Positions 35,530-52,356 of a stretch of 64,000 nt of DNA are shown one piece after another. This DNA is from the human T2T-CHM13v2.0 reference genome, Homo sapiens. The stretch lies in NCBI RefSeq assembly GCF_009914755.1, contig NC_060939.1; one strand, given 5' to 3'. Within the stretch, counting starts at the first letter, position 1. Each line of letters starts with the position of its first letter. The position numbers and the translations under genes are program-made. The notes beneath the pieces were generated by a model. It was not told the DNA's origin, did no database searches, and was given only the letters and a program-made list of their open reading frames with translations.

Positions 35530-35914
35530 CAGTGTCAGCTCTGTGTCCCCATCCAAGTCTAATGTCAAATTGTAATCCCCATGTGTTGAAGGTGGGGCCT
35601 GGTGGGAGGCGATTTGATGTGGGTGGTTTCTCATGGTTTAGCACCATCCCCAGTGCTGTCTCATGATAGAGTTCTCATGAGACCTGATGTTTTAAAAGTG
35701 TGTGGCAGTTCCCCACTTGTTCTGTCTCCTTCCTGCCCTGCCATGTTAAGGCTTGCCTGCTTCTTCTTCACCTTCCGCCATGATTGTAAGTTTCCTGAGG
35801 CTAGCCATGCTCCCTGTTAAGCCTGCAGTACTGTGAGCCAATTAAATTTCTTTTCTTCATAAATTACTCAGTCTCAGGTAGTTCTTTATAGCAGTGTGAA
35901 AATGGACTAATGCA
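35530..35914 (+). mobile_element. THE1/MST-family MaLR LTR fused to a truncated Alu
   Basis: Ends gttctttatagcagtgtgaaaatggactaatgca; its 5' end abuts a truncated Alu at ~35353-35528. Confidence 0.75.
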
Positions 35915-36134
35915 AAGATGAAATATGAAAGCCAGAGGGTCTCCTAGGCAGGAAATAAGTAGACTCTCAAATCTTGAAGTCAGATGGCAGCAAAAGTTGA
36001 AGAAAAGGCCCAGGACTAAAACAGGAGCTAAACTTGCTCCATAGAAGAGTGAATTGGTGGCCAGGCGTGGTAGCTCATGCCTGTAATCCCAGCACTTTGG
36101 GAGGCTGAGGTAGGCAGATCACGAGGTCAGATCA

Positions 36135-36470
<336 letters not shown>

Positions 36471-37479
36471 TCAAGACCAGCCTGGGCAACATGGCGAAAC
36501 CCCATCTCTACAAAAAATAAGCCGGGCATGGCAGTGTGCACCTGTAGTCCCAGCTACTTGGGAGGCTGAGATGGGAGGTTCACCTGAGCCTGGGAGGTCG
36601 AGGCTGCAGTGAGTCACGATAGTGGCAGAGTGAGATCCTGTCTCAAAAAATTAAAAAAATACATAGAAGAGTGAATCCTCAGCCATGCCAAGTGTGTTAC
36701 ATCAATGTCAGTGTCTTTACTGGGAGGGAGTGGGATCCTGAAACTTGAGATGGAAAAATCCAGGTTGATAAACTTGAAAATCTTGAATCCTCAGATTCCC
36801 CTTGGCCCTCTGGGTCTGAAGAAGCAGCTCAGTCCTTCCTGTGAAAGGCCGATGATCCCACTTTACTTAAAACGATGTAGATGGTTAGGCCTAGCTTCTG
36901 CAGGAGAGTGGTTGGTTGTGAGGGTCGCAAGATGGGAATTCTCCCAGAATGTAAAAATATCTCACTGTGGGTGAAAGTTCCCAAAGACCTGGAAGATCCA
37001 GAGGTGTTTCAGGCCTAGACGCAGCTGCTGGAAGTCACATATGGCCCAGTAGGGTCACAGATCCCTTACACTGAGCAGGTGAGTAAGGCCATGCTTGAGT
37101 TGAAGGCTCTGAAATCTTCAGACCTCACTGAGGTCGTGGTTTATGGCTCCTATTTGTACAAGCTCTGGACCAAGTGGATGCTGCAGTCCGTGGCTGAGTG
37201 GTTCCAGCTTGGTTTAAACTCTGCTCCAGTCTGATGAATTAAGGAAAAACCATCTGTTTTGGGGTCTCTGCACTTGCTCTGACTCCAGTTGTGAATATCT
37301 TTTTTGAATGTTGCTAATTTAAGAATAAAGTTTTAAATAGTTTTAAATAAATTGTAAATAGTTTTAAAAAATGACATAGAGGCCTTTGCCTTGCATCATC
37401 CCCATAATGCATAAGACCACATCCATCCATTCCCATAATCAACTCTCATTTCCCCACCTGGCCACCAGACTAATGCTAG

Positions 37480-39300
37480 GATCAGGGAACACTGTACCCT
37501 ACCACCTCCCTTAGCTGCTAAGGGAAACATGGATCACAGGCTAAAAGAGCTGCAAGATATAGCTAGTATGTATTGGCAGGAGCTGGGAGTGAATATATGG
37601 AACTGGATTCTAAAGAGGCTGGATCAGTGGAGATAAAGAAGAATTTATGGATAAGGGAGCACTCTTCCATAACACAGGATTTAACACCTTGGGAAATAGT
37701 GTTAACTTGCTGTCAAGATAGTTTTTGAGAAAGCTTAGAAGAAATATAGTAGAAAATTCAGACTGCTTTGGAACATAGTAAAGGAGTAAAGGGCTCAGAG
37801 ATATGTGCTCTCTAGAGTAGATATATAAATCTGGAAAACCCATCTGCTATGTTCTGCAGAAGAATCCAGATGATAGTCCATCTATTAAAGGGATAAGGAA
37901 TGCGCTGGTAAAAGGGGGCACCAGAATCATTGAGAAACTCAGTGATCTTCTATAGGCCAGGGCCACAGAAGTAAGATATGCCATTGTAAAACTGGGCTCC
38001 GTAATAGACAGGGGCATGGTAGGATCCTATCATGTAACCGAGGTTAGGTAGTAGCACTTAAACCATCACGTGCAAAGTGGGTGAGATTATCATAGTAAGC
38101 AGAAAAAAATAGACTGTTTTCCAGAGGAGTCTGATACAAAGAGGGCTATGGAGATGGTTGTGAGATGATGGGTCTAGGCCAAGGTGGGAGGATCCCTTGA
38201 ACTTAGGAGCTTAAGAGAAGCCTGGGCAACATGGTGAAACACCATCTCTACAAAAAAATGGAAAAATTAGCCGGGCGTAGTGACTCACAACTCTAGTCCC
38301 AGCCACTTGGGAGGCTGAAGTGGGAGGATGGCTTGAGCCTGGGAGGCAGAGGTTGCAGTGAGCCAAGATTGCACCACTTCACTCCAGACGGGGCAACAGA
38401 GTGAGACCCCATCTCAATTAAAAAAAAAAAACAGAAGAAGAAAAAAAGAATCAGTTTGCATTCATGTGGGAATGGACACAATAAGTATTAATTTATGTTT
38501 CTGCCCTAGGGCTATGTTAACTTTTCCGTCCTTTCACATAATGTAGTAGAAAGACATTTAGATCACCTGGAGATGCAGATTATCACATTGGTTTATTATA
38601 ACTATGACTTCATTGAACTGGATGAGCAAGAAATCGCCAACATGTTGGTGGCCTTGGAAAAAAATTTGTGCTCCAGAGAGTGGGAGAGAAACCCTATGAA
38701 GATTCAGTGTTCCAAGACATCAGTGAAATCTTTAGAGGTCTAGTGGAGGGCATGCTAGGACATCCCCTCTGAAGTAAAGGATACATTGTTGAGCTTGTAT
38801 CTCCCATCACCAGGAAGGAAACGCAATACCTGGTAGAATTCTATGTTCTGGTGGCAGCATGTACCAAGCTCCAGCTCATTTATGGTGTAATATGGAAAGC
38901 TTTTCAGAGCAAGACATGGCTTTGTAGCAGGTCCAGCCTGTGATGCAGGCAGCACTGTTACTTGGTCTTAAGATTGAGAAGCCCCTATAATGTTGGAGGT
39001 ATCAGTGGTGGGAAAAGATGTCTTGTGCAGTTTATGGCAAGCCCACATAGACCCCAGGATCTGGAACAAGGCCCAGCATCTACACAGAATTTATAGACCT
39101 TTTAAAACTCAGCTTCTGGTGTGCTACTGGCCTTGACAGAAATGGAGCATCTGATTATGTAATATGTATCCATGTGGCCAGAAGGGCCCATTATGAGCTA
39201 GCTTCTGAACCACCAAGTCATAAGGTCAGGTACGCCTAACAGCAACCCATTGTACTTGGGAAGTGGTACATCTGGACTGGGTACAGGCAGGCTCAGACAG
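37480..39300 (+). mobile_element. Degraded ERVL-class internal sequence (gag/pol remnants), Alu-interrupted
   Basis: Decayed ERVL gag-like and RT-like stretches; no intact ORF. Confidence 0.55.
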
Positions 39301-40873
39301 GGGGTACAGCTATCACATAGGTAGTACAGACCCCAGTTACATTTACAGACATTGCCACTTTTATGGTTTTAGCTAACATTACCTGGGTGGAAAGATATTA
39401 GCAAAACTTTGTCTTAGTAAGGTTCTAACTAGGAAGACATAAATTATTCTGAGTATTTGAAAATAGAGTTTATGATAGAGAATTGTTACTCTTGATAATT
39501 ATTAATCAACAGGGGATGGTGAGGCAATCCAGAGATTAGCAATGACAGGCAGCCACTGTCCCCTCGGCTGGAGAAGAGGTGGTGTTCCTGGAACCCAGGG
39601 GTAGGGGTTACCTGGTATGCCAATCGTCAATTTATTGTCTCTTCACTCCAAATCCATTCTTCATTGCCTATAGTCATAATTCTAAGATGGCTCCCAAGAT
39701 TCTCACCTTCCTGGTGTACAGGTCCTATATAATCCCTTTTTCGTGAGTATAGATGGGACTGTGAACATGATGGATTTTACTCCCGTGATTAGGTTACATC
39801 AGATGACAAAGGTGAATATATAATTGAGATCTCAAATCAGTTAACTTTGAGTTAATCGAAGGGTGGTTTTCCTGAGTGGGTCTGACCTACTCAGGTGCTT
39901 TCTTGAAAGAGAAAGAGGACTCTTCTTGGGCGAGGAGATTCAAAGTTAAGAGGGCCCATGGAGGGGGTGACATGGCCAGAGTACCCTCTAGTTGTTGAGA
40001 GTGGTCCCTGGTTGACAGCCAGCAAGAAAACAAGGTCTTCAGTTCTACAACTGCAAGGAACTAAATTCTGCCAATGACCTAAATGAACTTGGAAGTGGAT
40101 CACTTCCTAGTTGATCCTCCAGATGAATATGTAGCCAGCTGACACCTTGATTTCAGCTGTGTGAGACCTTAAGCAGAGTACCCAGACAAAATGTGCCAGA
40201 CTCCTAAGCCACAGGAGCTGTGCAATAATAACTTTGTGTTGCTTAAACCACTAAGTTTGCGGTAATATGTTATGCATCAATAGCAAACTAATATAGGCCT
40301 TGTAAATAGTTCTCTTCTGGCATGATATTAAGCTTTGTTGGTAGACGGTGCTGGAGAGACATTGCAGGAGGAACGTTTTTTTCTCTCTCTTCCTGACTTC
40401 CGTGTGCTCCTCTCACCGGTGCTCCTGCAGTATGTACAGCATCTGCAATACTTGGCTCCTGCAACACACATGGCTTCTGTAGTGCCCAGCTCCTGCAGTA
40501 TTTCCTAGCTGGCAGCACACAGTACCTCCCCATGGGGAGTTTCCCCAGCATCACCTAAGGTAGCTTTGCAATGGGTGGCAAGGTTTGGTATCTCTCTGCA
40601 GATAGCTTGTCTTAGTACCTCAGCAAGTGCTTCTGGCATGGCACCTCAGCTTCACTATCTAGTGAACCAACACTATTCCATCTCCAACAAGATCTGGATT
40701 TTTGTCTTGGTGAGGTTGCAGAGATCTTACTTGGATGCTTTATCTCAGTCCCAACGTTGTGACTGCTCCTTATATCTGCTATTCTTGTATTCTTTAGAAT
40801 TATCTTTCTTACTGCATTGCTCCAATATCTCTCTAATAGTGAATAACTTTCTATATTTTAAAATTTAATTTAA

Positions 40874-41023
<150 letters not shown>

Positions 41024-43174
41024 TAAATTTTCCCTGTTTAAATTACTGTGTGCATTCTTTCTCCTCATTGGACCCTGCCTGATATATCTGACAAAGTTGG
41101 ACTCACAGCAGGACTCTCCAACTGGGAGCTGGGGCCAGATGGGAGAGCCAGTCATTGCTCCAGTTGCCTTCTGAGGCAAAAAGGAAGGAGAAATACCTTG
41201 ATTTCTTCTTTACCACCCCCTTCCAATCTCCCAGCCTGTAACCTCTACTAGTGCCTCCCATTGGCCAAACTCAGCTGGAAGCAAGCTGGCACAGGGACCA
41301 GGAAAGCCAGCCCCTGTGGTATGGGGCAGAGCAGGGAAGGTGACGGTGGGACTGAGGAAAACCAGGACTGATAAAATCCTGCAGTAGTCATTGGCATTCA
41401 GGGATTAGTTCTCCTAAGTTTATGATGAGATACAGACAGACTATATTTATCTCTTTATTAAGTAAATTAATTTAAAGTCTATTTTTCTCTCTGGGAGCAC
41501 ATAATAGAGACTTTTCTGAAAACTTAGAGGGAAAAATGACATCTTGAGATATTTAGCTGTTAATAAAAATTAATGCCTTTAAATATACCCTTTCATCTAC
41601 TACATCAAATAAGCAGTTTTGAAAAAATACTTTAAAATGAAGGTAAGTGAATAATTAATTTTAAAGACAGCACTTTCCTAAGTAAATTCAAAAAATGTTG
41701 ACAAGAAATTTATAGGAAGTCCAAAGACTAGGGCAATAATTTAGAAATTACTTGATCCACTGGCATTTTTAAACTGAAAAAGGAATCAGAGACTCTGAAC
41801 TCTTTGTATTATTGACCTCATTACATTATAAGGAAATTGAATTTTTAAAATATCATCTCACCTTTTGGTCTGGAGAATCTTTGGAAATAATTCACATTTA
41901 GCAACTGAAACACTTTGAAGAGAACATTTTAAGTAAAAAAAGGACTATTTTGCATAGCTAATGCAAGTACTTATTTTAGCAATTTTAAATGAAGCATGAT
42001 CTATCTCCTAGCTAATTTAAATAAATCTATCCTAAAAGGAAAGCTGAGTCCTGGAATAATATATGATGCCTATGGTCATTAAAATCACACTTTTTCCATA
42101 ACATAGAGAATAAAGTAATAATGACTGATGGCTACTTTGATATCTACATGTAAGATTAACAAATGAATTTTGTGAAAACCCCAAAGTGGAAGAAGAATCG
42201 CTGTCTTTTGAATAATATTTAAAGTTATTTGAATGAATCATCATTTGTGACTAGTTTTACTAATAGTTCAAAAACACTGATACTATTTCAAATGATTAAC
42301 ACTCAATATTACGGATATTCATTTACTGTCAGATTTGATAATACTAAATAAAAAATAAAAAAGATTCCCCACCTGCCAATAGAAGCAGAACACTGGTATT
42401 GGTGATGTTCTCTATCCCTCACAGCTTGATCTTCTAATTTTGCAGGTTTGCAACTTCAGTTGCCAGCTTAACCAGTTGATATTAACCACTAAAAAACTGC
42501 CTATTGTATGAAGTTGATTTGTATAAAAGAAATGAATTTTAATAAAACATAGAATTGCCAAGCCCTCCGATATTCATTTAAGTCATTTAGTCCCTCTTAT
42601 TTCAACAGAGAAGTCTACATAAGAAGCCAAATTAAGGTTGAATGGTTACTTAGGAAACCTAAAGTCTATTTAAGAGATCACATTAAGGTTAGTGAATATA
42701 TGTATCCAAGGCACTAATAACAGAAATAATACTATTTCTTCTAGCCATAATAAATGCTCGTTTAGTGGGTGCTATTATTTACAATAGTGTCTTGCAGCAG
42801 TTTACAAATCCTGTTCATATAATGCGTGCTTGATTCTTACAAGAACTACACCGAGTAATGGGTCTGGTATTATCATTATCATGCCTCTTTTACTGATGAA
42901 AAAAACACAGGTTCAGAGAGTAAGTGACTTGACTAAAATCTCATAACTGATATAGTTGACATCTGTTGTTTTGGTTGGGCCAATTTCCTTCCTCTTTTTG
43001 GTAATAGGACTCTGATTTTTCCTTTAAGGAACTACCCAGTGCCTTTCTATAACTCCTAGCAGGTCTGTCAGTCAAGGGGCTCTGCCTCTGTCTGTTATGT
43101 GTGACCCACACTGACCCATCAGGGTCCACTATATTCCCCTAGATGCAGAGATTGGTATACGGGTGGGCATGTAA

Positions 43175-43487
<313 letters not shown>

Positions 43488-43889
43488 TGAGTTTTTTTTT
43501 TTTTTTTTTTAAGGGATTGAAATAAATGAATGCTAGGAGCGCACTGACTTCACTTGGGAGATGTAAGGATCATGAAACCCTGGAGCTATTTTCCTATCAC
43601 ATTGAGAGAGCTCCTAGAGTGAATGCTACATAGGAGAAAGCAGAGTGGAGAATCAAAGGGAGAGAGAGGGAGAGATTCCTATTTTGGCTGAGGAGAAGAC
43701 ATAGAAATCCTTGAAGCCAGAGCAGCCCCCGGACTTTCAAGCTCAGTTGATCAAAACTTCCTTTGTTTGTTTAGGAAGGTCTGGACTTCTCTACTTGCTA
43801 GTTGGTTAGACAAAAATCTAATACAGCTAATGATTATCTTAGCTGGGCTTGAAACAAATCTTTTGACTTTAGCCCTTTGCTATTTCTTT

Positions 43890-44902
43890 TCTTGGGATAT
43901 TTGAGGTGCTGCTTTTCTGGCTGGAAACCTCTGTGGGTGGTGGTGCCTTTGCCCAAGTTCTTGTCCTATGTCCAGGAAGAGTGATGTATGCAGACAAGTG
44001 GAGGGTGAGCAAGACGAAGAAGAACTTTACTGAGGGTCAGAACAGCTCAGAGGAGACCCGCGGTGAGCAGGTCCTCTCTGTGGGCAGGTCGTCCCATCGA
44101 GTGTGCAGCTCTCAGCAGAGAGGAGGCCTGGAGTGGATGGCTCCTCTCTGCTGACAGGTCATCCCCAAAAATGTTCATCTCTCAGCGGAGATGGTAGTTC
44201 CTCTATGCAGCTGGCCATCCTGATGTCTGCCCTGCTCTGGCTGAGTCTGGGGTTTTTATGGTTTTCATTCAGAGTGGGGAAAGTATATGCTGATTGGTCC
44301 ATGGGCAGCAATAGGTGGGCTCAGGAAAAAGCACCACAAGTTCCCCCTCTGGTGGGCAGGACTGGTAGGACCTTCCCTGGCCTGAAAGTGGAGCTTCACT
44401 GGGGACCCACCCCCTTCCTCCCAGGAGCCTGTCTGCCTCTCACGGCCATTCATTGGCACCCAGGATGTTTGTGCCAAGAGGTGCCTGCAGGCCAGTGTTG
44501 AGCTACGTGCAGTCCCCCTCGGCTTCCCTCCCATGATCCTCATCACCCAAAGTCTGGAGGGGACTGATGTGGCTGGGGGCTGGTGTGTCAGCACTGCCCT
44601 GAGCATGAGCCCCCTGGCTGGGCTGCAACAATGCCGGGGCTCGGCTCCAACCTTGCTCCAGGATTAGAGCAGGAGCTGACAGTGGGAGAAGCCAGGCAGC
44701 AGGAACAGGTGCTGGCAGGGGGCTCTGGGAGAGAGCTGGCTCTGGGCTCCCAAGAGCACAGAGACCCCTGGGTCTGCAGCCGAAGGGCAGGGCTCCTGCC
44801 TGCTCCATGGATCGTATTTTCCTTTAAGGAACTACCCAGTGCCTCCCTGCTGTAGCTGGCATCTTGGCAATGGCCACTTTAGATGAGTCGCTGCTGCTAT
44901 CA
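43890..44902 (-). mobile_element. GC-rich ERV1 LTR (MER52-like)
   Basis: Resembles recalled MER52 consensus (..cttttctggctggaaacctctgtgg.. to ..gctgctgctatca); explains the GC-rich spurious ORFs. Confidence 0.7.
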
Positions 44903-45039
44903 TTTCTATGGAGGTATACCTCAGAAAGGTGTCCCTGACTATAAATGTCAAAACTGGTCATGTGCTTTTGTGAGTAATTTGAAAATCTGCCCTCTTTCTA
45001 TAGAGACATACTGTCCTAAGTTGCTTTCTAATGTTCATT

Positions 45040-46490
45040 TTAAAAATTAAATCAAGAGAATGGGAAGACCAGCCATAGACTGGGAGAAAATATTTTCAAA
45101 AACATGTCTGATAGGCCAGGTGCAGTGGCTCACACCTGTAATCCCAGCACTTTGGGAGGCTGAGGCAGGCAGATCACCTGTGGTCACGAGTTTGAGACCA
45201 GCCTGGCCAACGTGGTGAAACCCTGTCTGTACTAAAAATACAAAAATTAGCCAGGTGTGGTGGTGCATGCCTGTAATCCCAGCTACTTGGGAGGCTGAGG
45301 AATGAGAATCACTTGAACCCAGGAGGCAGAGGTTGCAGTGAGCCAAGACTGCACCACTGCTCTCCAAGCTGGGTGGCAGAGTGAGACTTCGTCTCATAAA
45401 AACAAAAAAACAACAACAAAAAAACCATGTCTGATAAAGGACTATTATGCAAAATATACAAATAACTCTTAAAACTCAGTGATAAGAAAACAAACAACTT
45501 GCTTCAAATATGTGTAAAAGATGTCAACTCACATCTCATTGAAGAAAATATATAGATAGCAAAGAAGCATATGAAAAGATGCTCAACATCATATGCCATT
45601 AGGAAATTGCAGATTAAAACAATGAAATACCACTACACACCCATTACAATGGGTGAAATTCAAAATACTGACCCCACCAAAGGCTGGTGTGGACGTAGAA
45701 CAACAGGAACCCTCATTCATTGCACGTTGGTATGCAAAATGGTACAGCCTCTTTGGAAGAGTGTTTGGTAGTTTCTTACAAAACTAAACATACTCTTACC
45801 TTATGATCCAGAAATCTCACTGCTTGGTATTTACCCAACTGATCTGAAAACTTACGTATACACAAAAATCTGCACATGGCGTTTATAGCAGTTTCATTTA
45901 TAATTGCCAAAACTTGAGAACAACCAAGATGTCTTTCAGTAGGTGAATGTACAAGCTGTGGTATATCCATACAATGGAATATTATTCAGTGCTAAAAGAA
46001 ATGAGCTCTTAAGCCATGAAAAGATATGGAGGAAGCTTAAATGCATATTACTAAGTGAAAGAAACCAGTCTGAAAAGACTACATACTATACAATTCCAAT
46101 TATGTGACAATCTGGGAAGGGCAAAACTATGCAGTCAAAAGATCAGTGGTTGCCAGGAGTTGCAGGGAGAGAGGGGTGAATAGGTGGGCACAGATGTTTT
46201 GGGGCAGTGGAGCTATCTTGTATGACACTCCAGTGGTGAATATATGCAATTATACATTTGTCAAAACCCATAGAATGGGGAATATCAAGAGTGAATCCTA
46301 ATGCAAACTATGGACTTTGAGTGATGATGATGTATTAATGTAGGTTCATTGATTGTAATACGTGAATCATTTTGGTGGGAGATGTTGGTAGTGAGGGGTA
46401 TGAGTGTGTATGAGCAGGGGACATAGGGGACCTCTGTACTTTTTGCTCAACTTTGTTGTAAACCCAAAACTGTTCCAAAAAATAAAGTCT
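45040..46490 (+). mobile_element. Old L1M 3' end with an Alu insertion
   Basis: MKRCSTSYAIRKLQIKTMKYHYTP peptide and L1M 3'UTR ending aaaaataaagtct. Confidence 0.8.
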
Positions 46491-46612
46491 AGGCCGGGCA
46501 CGGTGGCTCACACCTGTAATCCCAGCACTTTGGGAGACCGAGGCAGGTGGATCAACTGAGGTTGGGAGTTTGAGACCAGCCTGACCAACATGGAGAAGCC
46601 TTGTCTCTACTA

Positions 46613-46768
<156 letters not shown>

Positions 46769-47334
46769 TCAAAAAAAAAAAAAAAAAAAGTCTATAAAAA
46801 AAAATCCCATTCTAAAAAAACCTGACTTTTCTCAGATTGCCTCAAGAAGAAAGACTCTAATAGAAGAAAACTCTAATTGCTGGCACCTGTGATAGTCACT
46901 GATGCTATTCACTTTCTGTTTTTCTCCTTTCCCAAGCACCTGTGAGGAAAATGCTTCCCCACCCCTTTGATGTTGGGTGTAGCCATGTGGCTGGCTGTGG
47001 GTAATGAAATGTAACCTCTGTCACCTTAAGGGTGAAAGTCTTCAAGAGTTAGTGTGCAATTTGCCATGTTTCTTCTTCCCATGGTAATGACTGGGGGTGT
47101 TCCTCCTTGTGGTGGAGGCTGTCAGCCTGGGTCTCTGAGTGAAGACTGTGAAGCAGAGTCCTTCATAAAATAGATGTGTGTGTGTTAAGTCGTGAGATGT
47201 GAAGGTTATTACAGGACCACAGCCTAGCCTGCCCTGACTGTACAGTAGTATCTGATATCATACCTCTAGTTCTCTAGTGACCCTCGAATAACATAAAAGA
47301 GATAAGGCAAGTTGAATTTCAATCTCTTATTTTA

Positions 47335-47475
<141 letters not shown>

Positions 47476-47492
47476 TTAAAAAAAAAAAATTA

Positions 47493-47955
<463 letters not shown>

Positions 47956-48506
47956 TCAAAAAAACAAAAAAAATTACTTTAGTGTTTATATGAAAATAGA
48001 AGTTTGGGCTGGGTGCAGTGGCTCACGCTTGTAATCCTAGCACTTGGGAGCCTGAAGCAGGTGGATCACTTGAGCTCAGGGGTTCAAGACCAGCCTGGGT
48101 AACATAGTGAGACCCTGTCTCTACAAAAAAATATAAAAATTAGCCAGGTGTGATGGTGCGCTCCTGTAGTCCCAGCTACTTGGGGGGGCTGAGGTGGGAG
48201 GATCTCTTGAGCCTGGGAGGTTGAGGCTACAGTGAGCCATGATTGTGAAATTGCACTCCAGCCTGGGCATAGAGTGAGACCCTGTCTCAAAAAAAGAAAA
48301 TAGAAGTTTGAACAAAACTTGGCTTGTATTTGCTTATGTAAGATATTGCAGCTGGGCATGGTGGCTCATGCCCATAATCCCAACACTTTGGGAGGCCGAG
48401 GTAAGAAGACTGCTTGAGCCAGGAGTTTGAGACCAGCCTGGGCAACACAGGGAGACCCCCCCCCCCCCACCATCTCTACAAGAAATTAAAATAAATTATT
48501 GGGTCA

Positions 48507-48629
<123 letters not shown>

Positions 48630-49152
48630 TCATTTTCTAAAAATTTCAAAAGCCATTGCTTTTGACTTCTGCATATATTTTGCAAAACTTTTTGGTGGCA
48701 GAGTTAGGAGGAGGTGTTGGTGAAATAATCCATGTAAAAATATGTTTGTTATATAATGCAAGGAATGAATGTGGAAAGTGTAGCAGAGTTACAGTGGGTG
48801 GAAGTATTTCAGCACTTTGCTAATGTGAAAGAATATTTCTTATGTAAATACAAGTGAAAAGTGGTTTTTAAAAAAGTGGCTAACCATAGGCAAAATGGTA
48901 AACTGTTTTTCTTTAGTAATTAATTTCTTTGATTTTCTACTTACAATTTCTTCCCTTCCTTTTAATTATTTTGCAAGAGCATCAGCCTATATGAATGTGT
49001 TCATATTTTCAACATCTATCCAATAGAAGCATAAGGTCATGGGCTGTAATATCTTTCTCTTGTGTATCTTCCCCCTTCTCCTCCCTTTTTCTCTGCAGCC
49101 CTGGTAATTACATCTTTTTATTTTATTTTATTTTTTCTTTTTCTTTTTTTGA

Positions 49153-49260
<108 letters not shown>

Positions 49261-49825
49261 TAGCTGGGATTACAGACATGAGCCACTGCGCCTGGTAATT
49301 TTTTGTATTTTTAGTAGAGATGAGGTTTCCCTGTGTTGGCCAGGCTGGTCTTGAACTCCTTGCCTCAAGTGATCTGCCCACCTCCGTCTCCTAAAGTTCT
49401 GGGACTACAGGCGTGAGCCACTGCACCCGGCCAGTCCCTACATCTTACTGAAATATTTTGCGCCACCCCCTGCTTTGTCTTCCCCCAACACTTTCTTCTG
49501 TTTTTGGAAAAAGATCAAAAGAGAGATAAATGGGAGGGTGGAAATAAATGCCTGTGAGAGAAGTAGGTCAAACACATTCTAAATATAGGACATCTGATCC
49601 ATAAAAGGAATAAAAAATATTCATGGACTAATATTTTTTTCTTTACTTGAATCTCTTACCCACCTTCTCCCTTTAGGTCAGCAAAAAATAAAGGATATAG
49701 AAACATTTAAAACAGCAAAACTGAAAGGTGAATAAAGTTTTGATTTATTTATTGCATTATATTTGCTCTTCCTCTTTTGCATTTCATAGTCCTTGAAATC
49801 CAATGGCCTTATTTTTGCTATGAAT

Positions 49826-49827
<2 letters not shown>

Positions 49828-49874
<47 letters not shown>
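49828..49874. repeat. (CA)n microsatellite
   Basis: Uninterrupted run of about 23 CA units. Confidence 0.95.
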
Positions 49875-49877
<3 letters not shown>

Positions 49878-50781
49878 GTGTTTAACACTTTCTAGATATA
49901 GTTTCTTTGAACTAACTTATTCAGAGCTACATTTTATGTTCTTTTATCTTCTTAAATTCTTTTGGTCTAACAGACTATGCAACACCTTTCTCTATTAGGT
50001 CCTCCTACTAACCATTTAATCTGTGTCACTGCTGTATTCTCCAGAGGACAGTTAGTGCCTTGAGGCCCTTGAATCTGAAGTATATTTTTGCTACTCATGA
50101 TGTTTTTCTCCTGCCTGAAAGACTTTACTAATTTTTCTCTTCAGATTACATTTTACCTGTCTTTTAAGGTATGGCTTAAATCCCAATTCCTCTATTAAAT
50201 TTTAAAACTTTCCCTAGTTACTTTCCACTTGTACACTATACAACTGCACATCTGTGATAGGATGAATAATGCCCCCCCAAAGACGTCCATATTCAAGTCC
50301 TTGGAGTCTGTGAATGCTAGCCTCCATGGCAAAAGGGACTTTGCTGATGTAATTAAATTAAGGACCTTGAGATGGGAAGAGTATCCTGGATTATGCAGGT
50401 GGGCTTAATGTAATCACAAGAGTCCTTATATAAAGGAGGAAGGAGGATCAGAGTGGGAAAGATGGTGATGTGACAATGAAAGCAGGGGGAAAAAGGCCAT
50501 GTGATGTGGGGCCATGAGACAAAAAAGTTGCAGCCTCTCTATAAACTGGAAGAGGCGAAATTCTAGGGAAGCAGATTCTTCCCTGGAGCCTCCAGAAGTA
50601 AGCAGCTGTGCTGACACCTTCATTTTTAGCCCACTGAGCCTGATTTTAGACTTCTAAGCTCCAGACCTATAAGAAAATAAAACTGTTGGCTGGGCACTGT
50701 GGCTCACGCCTGTAATCCCAGCACTTTGGGAGGCCGAGGCGGGCAGATCACGAGGTCAGGAGATCGAGATCATCCTGGCTA

Positions 50782-51012
<231 letters not shown>

Positions 51013-51450
51013 TTAAGCTACCAGGTTTGTAATTTGTTACACCAGCCATAGGAAACTAAGATGACATCATGTCCTTTACATTCCTCCAGGTCCTGTTCCA
51101 CATAATTCAGCACTTTATTGTCATGCTCACTAATTCTACTATGTTTAAATGGTAGAATATAAATTCTTGGTGGACAGGAATCAGGATTTTTACTTTTACC
51201 CCCTACAATGCCTTCCAGTTCTAGATATTCAGATGTTTGGAGTGAATTATAACTTCGGTGCATAAAAGGGAATGGGAGCGATGAAAGGCATTTTAAAAGA
51301 GATATAAATCAACAAACTGTATTTACATCCTTGCAATCAAATTCTAGTATTTTGCTTTTGAGCTCTGTGCCACATGCAGTGTTATGTTAAGCATATAGCA
51401 GCCATTTCACAGAGACTGGAACACAAAGGGTATTCAACAAACACCTGATG

Positions 51451-52356
<906 letters not shown>

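Noticed and set aside
43906-44855. Cluster of 80-130 aa ORFs on both strands
   Set aside because: All lie inside the GC-rich MER52-like LTR
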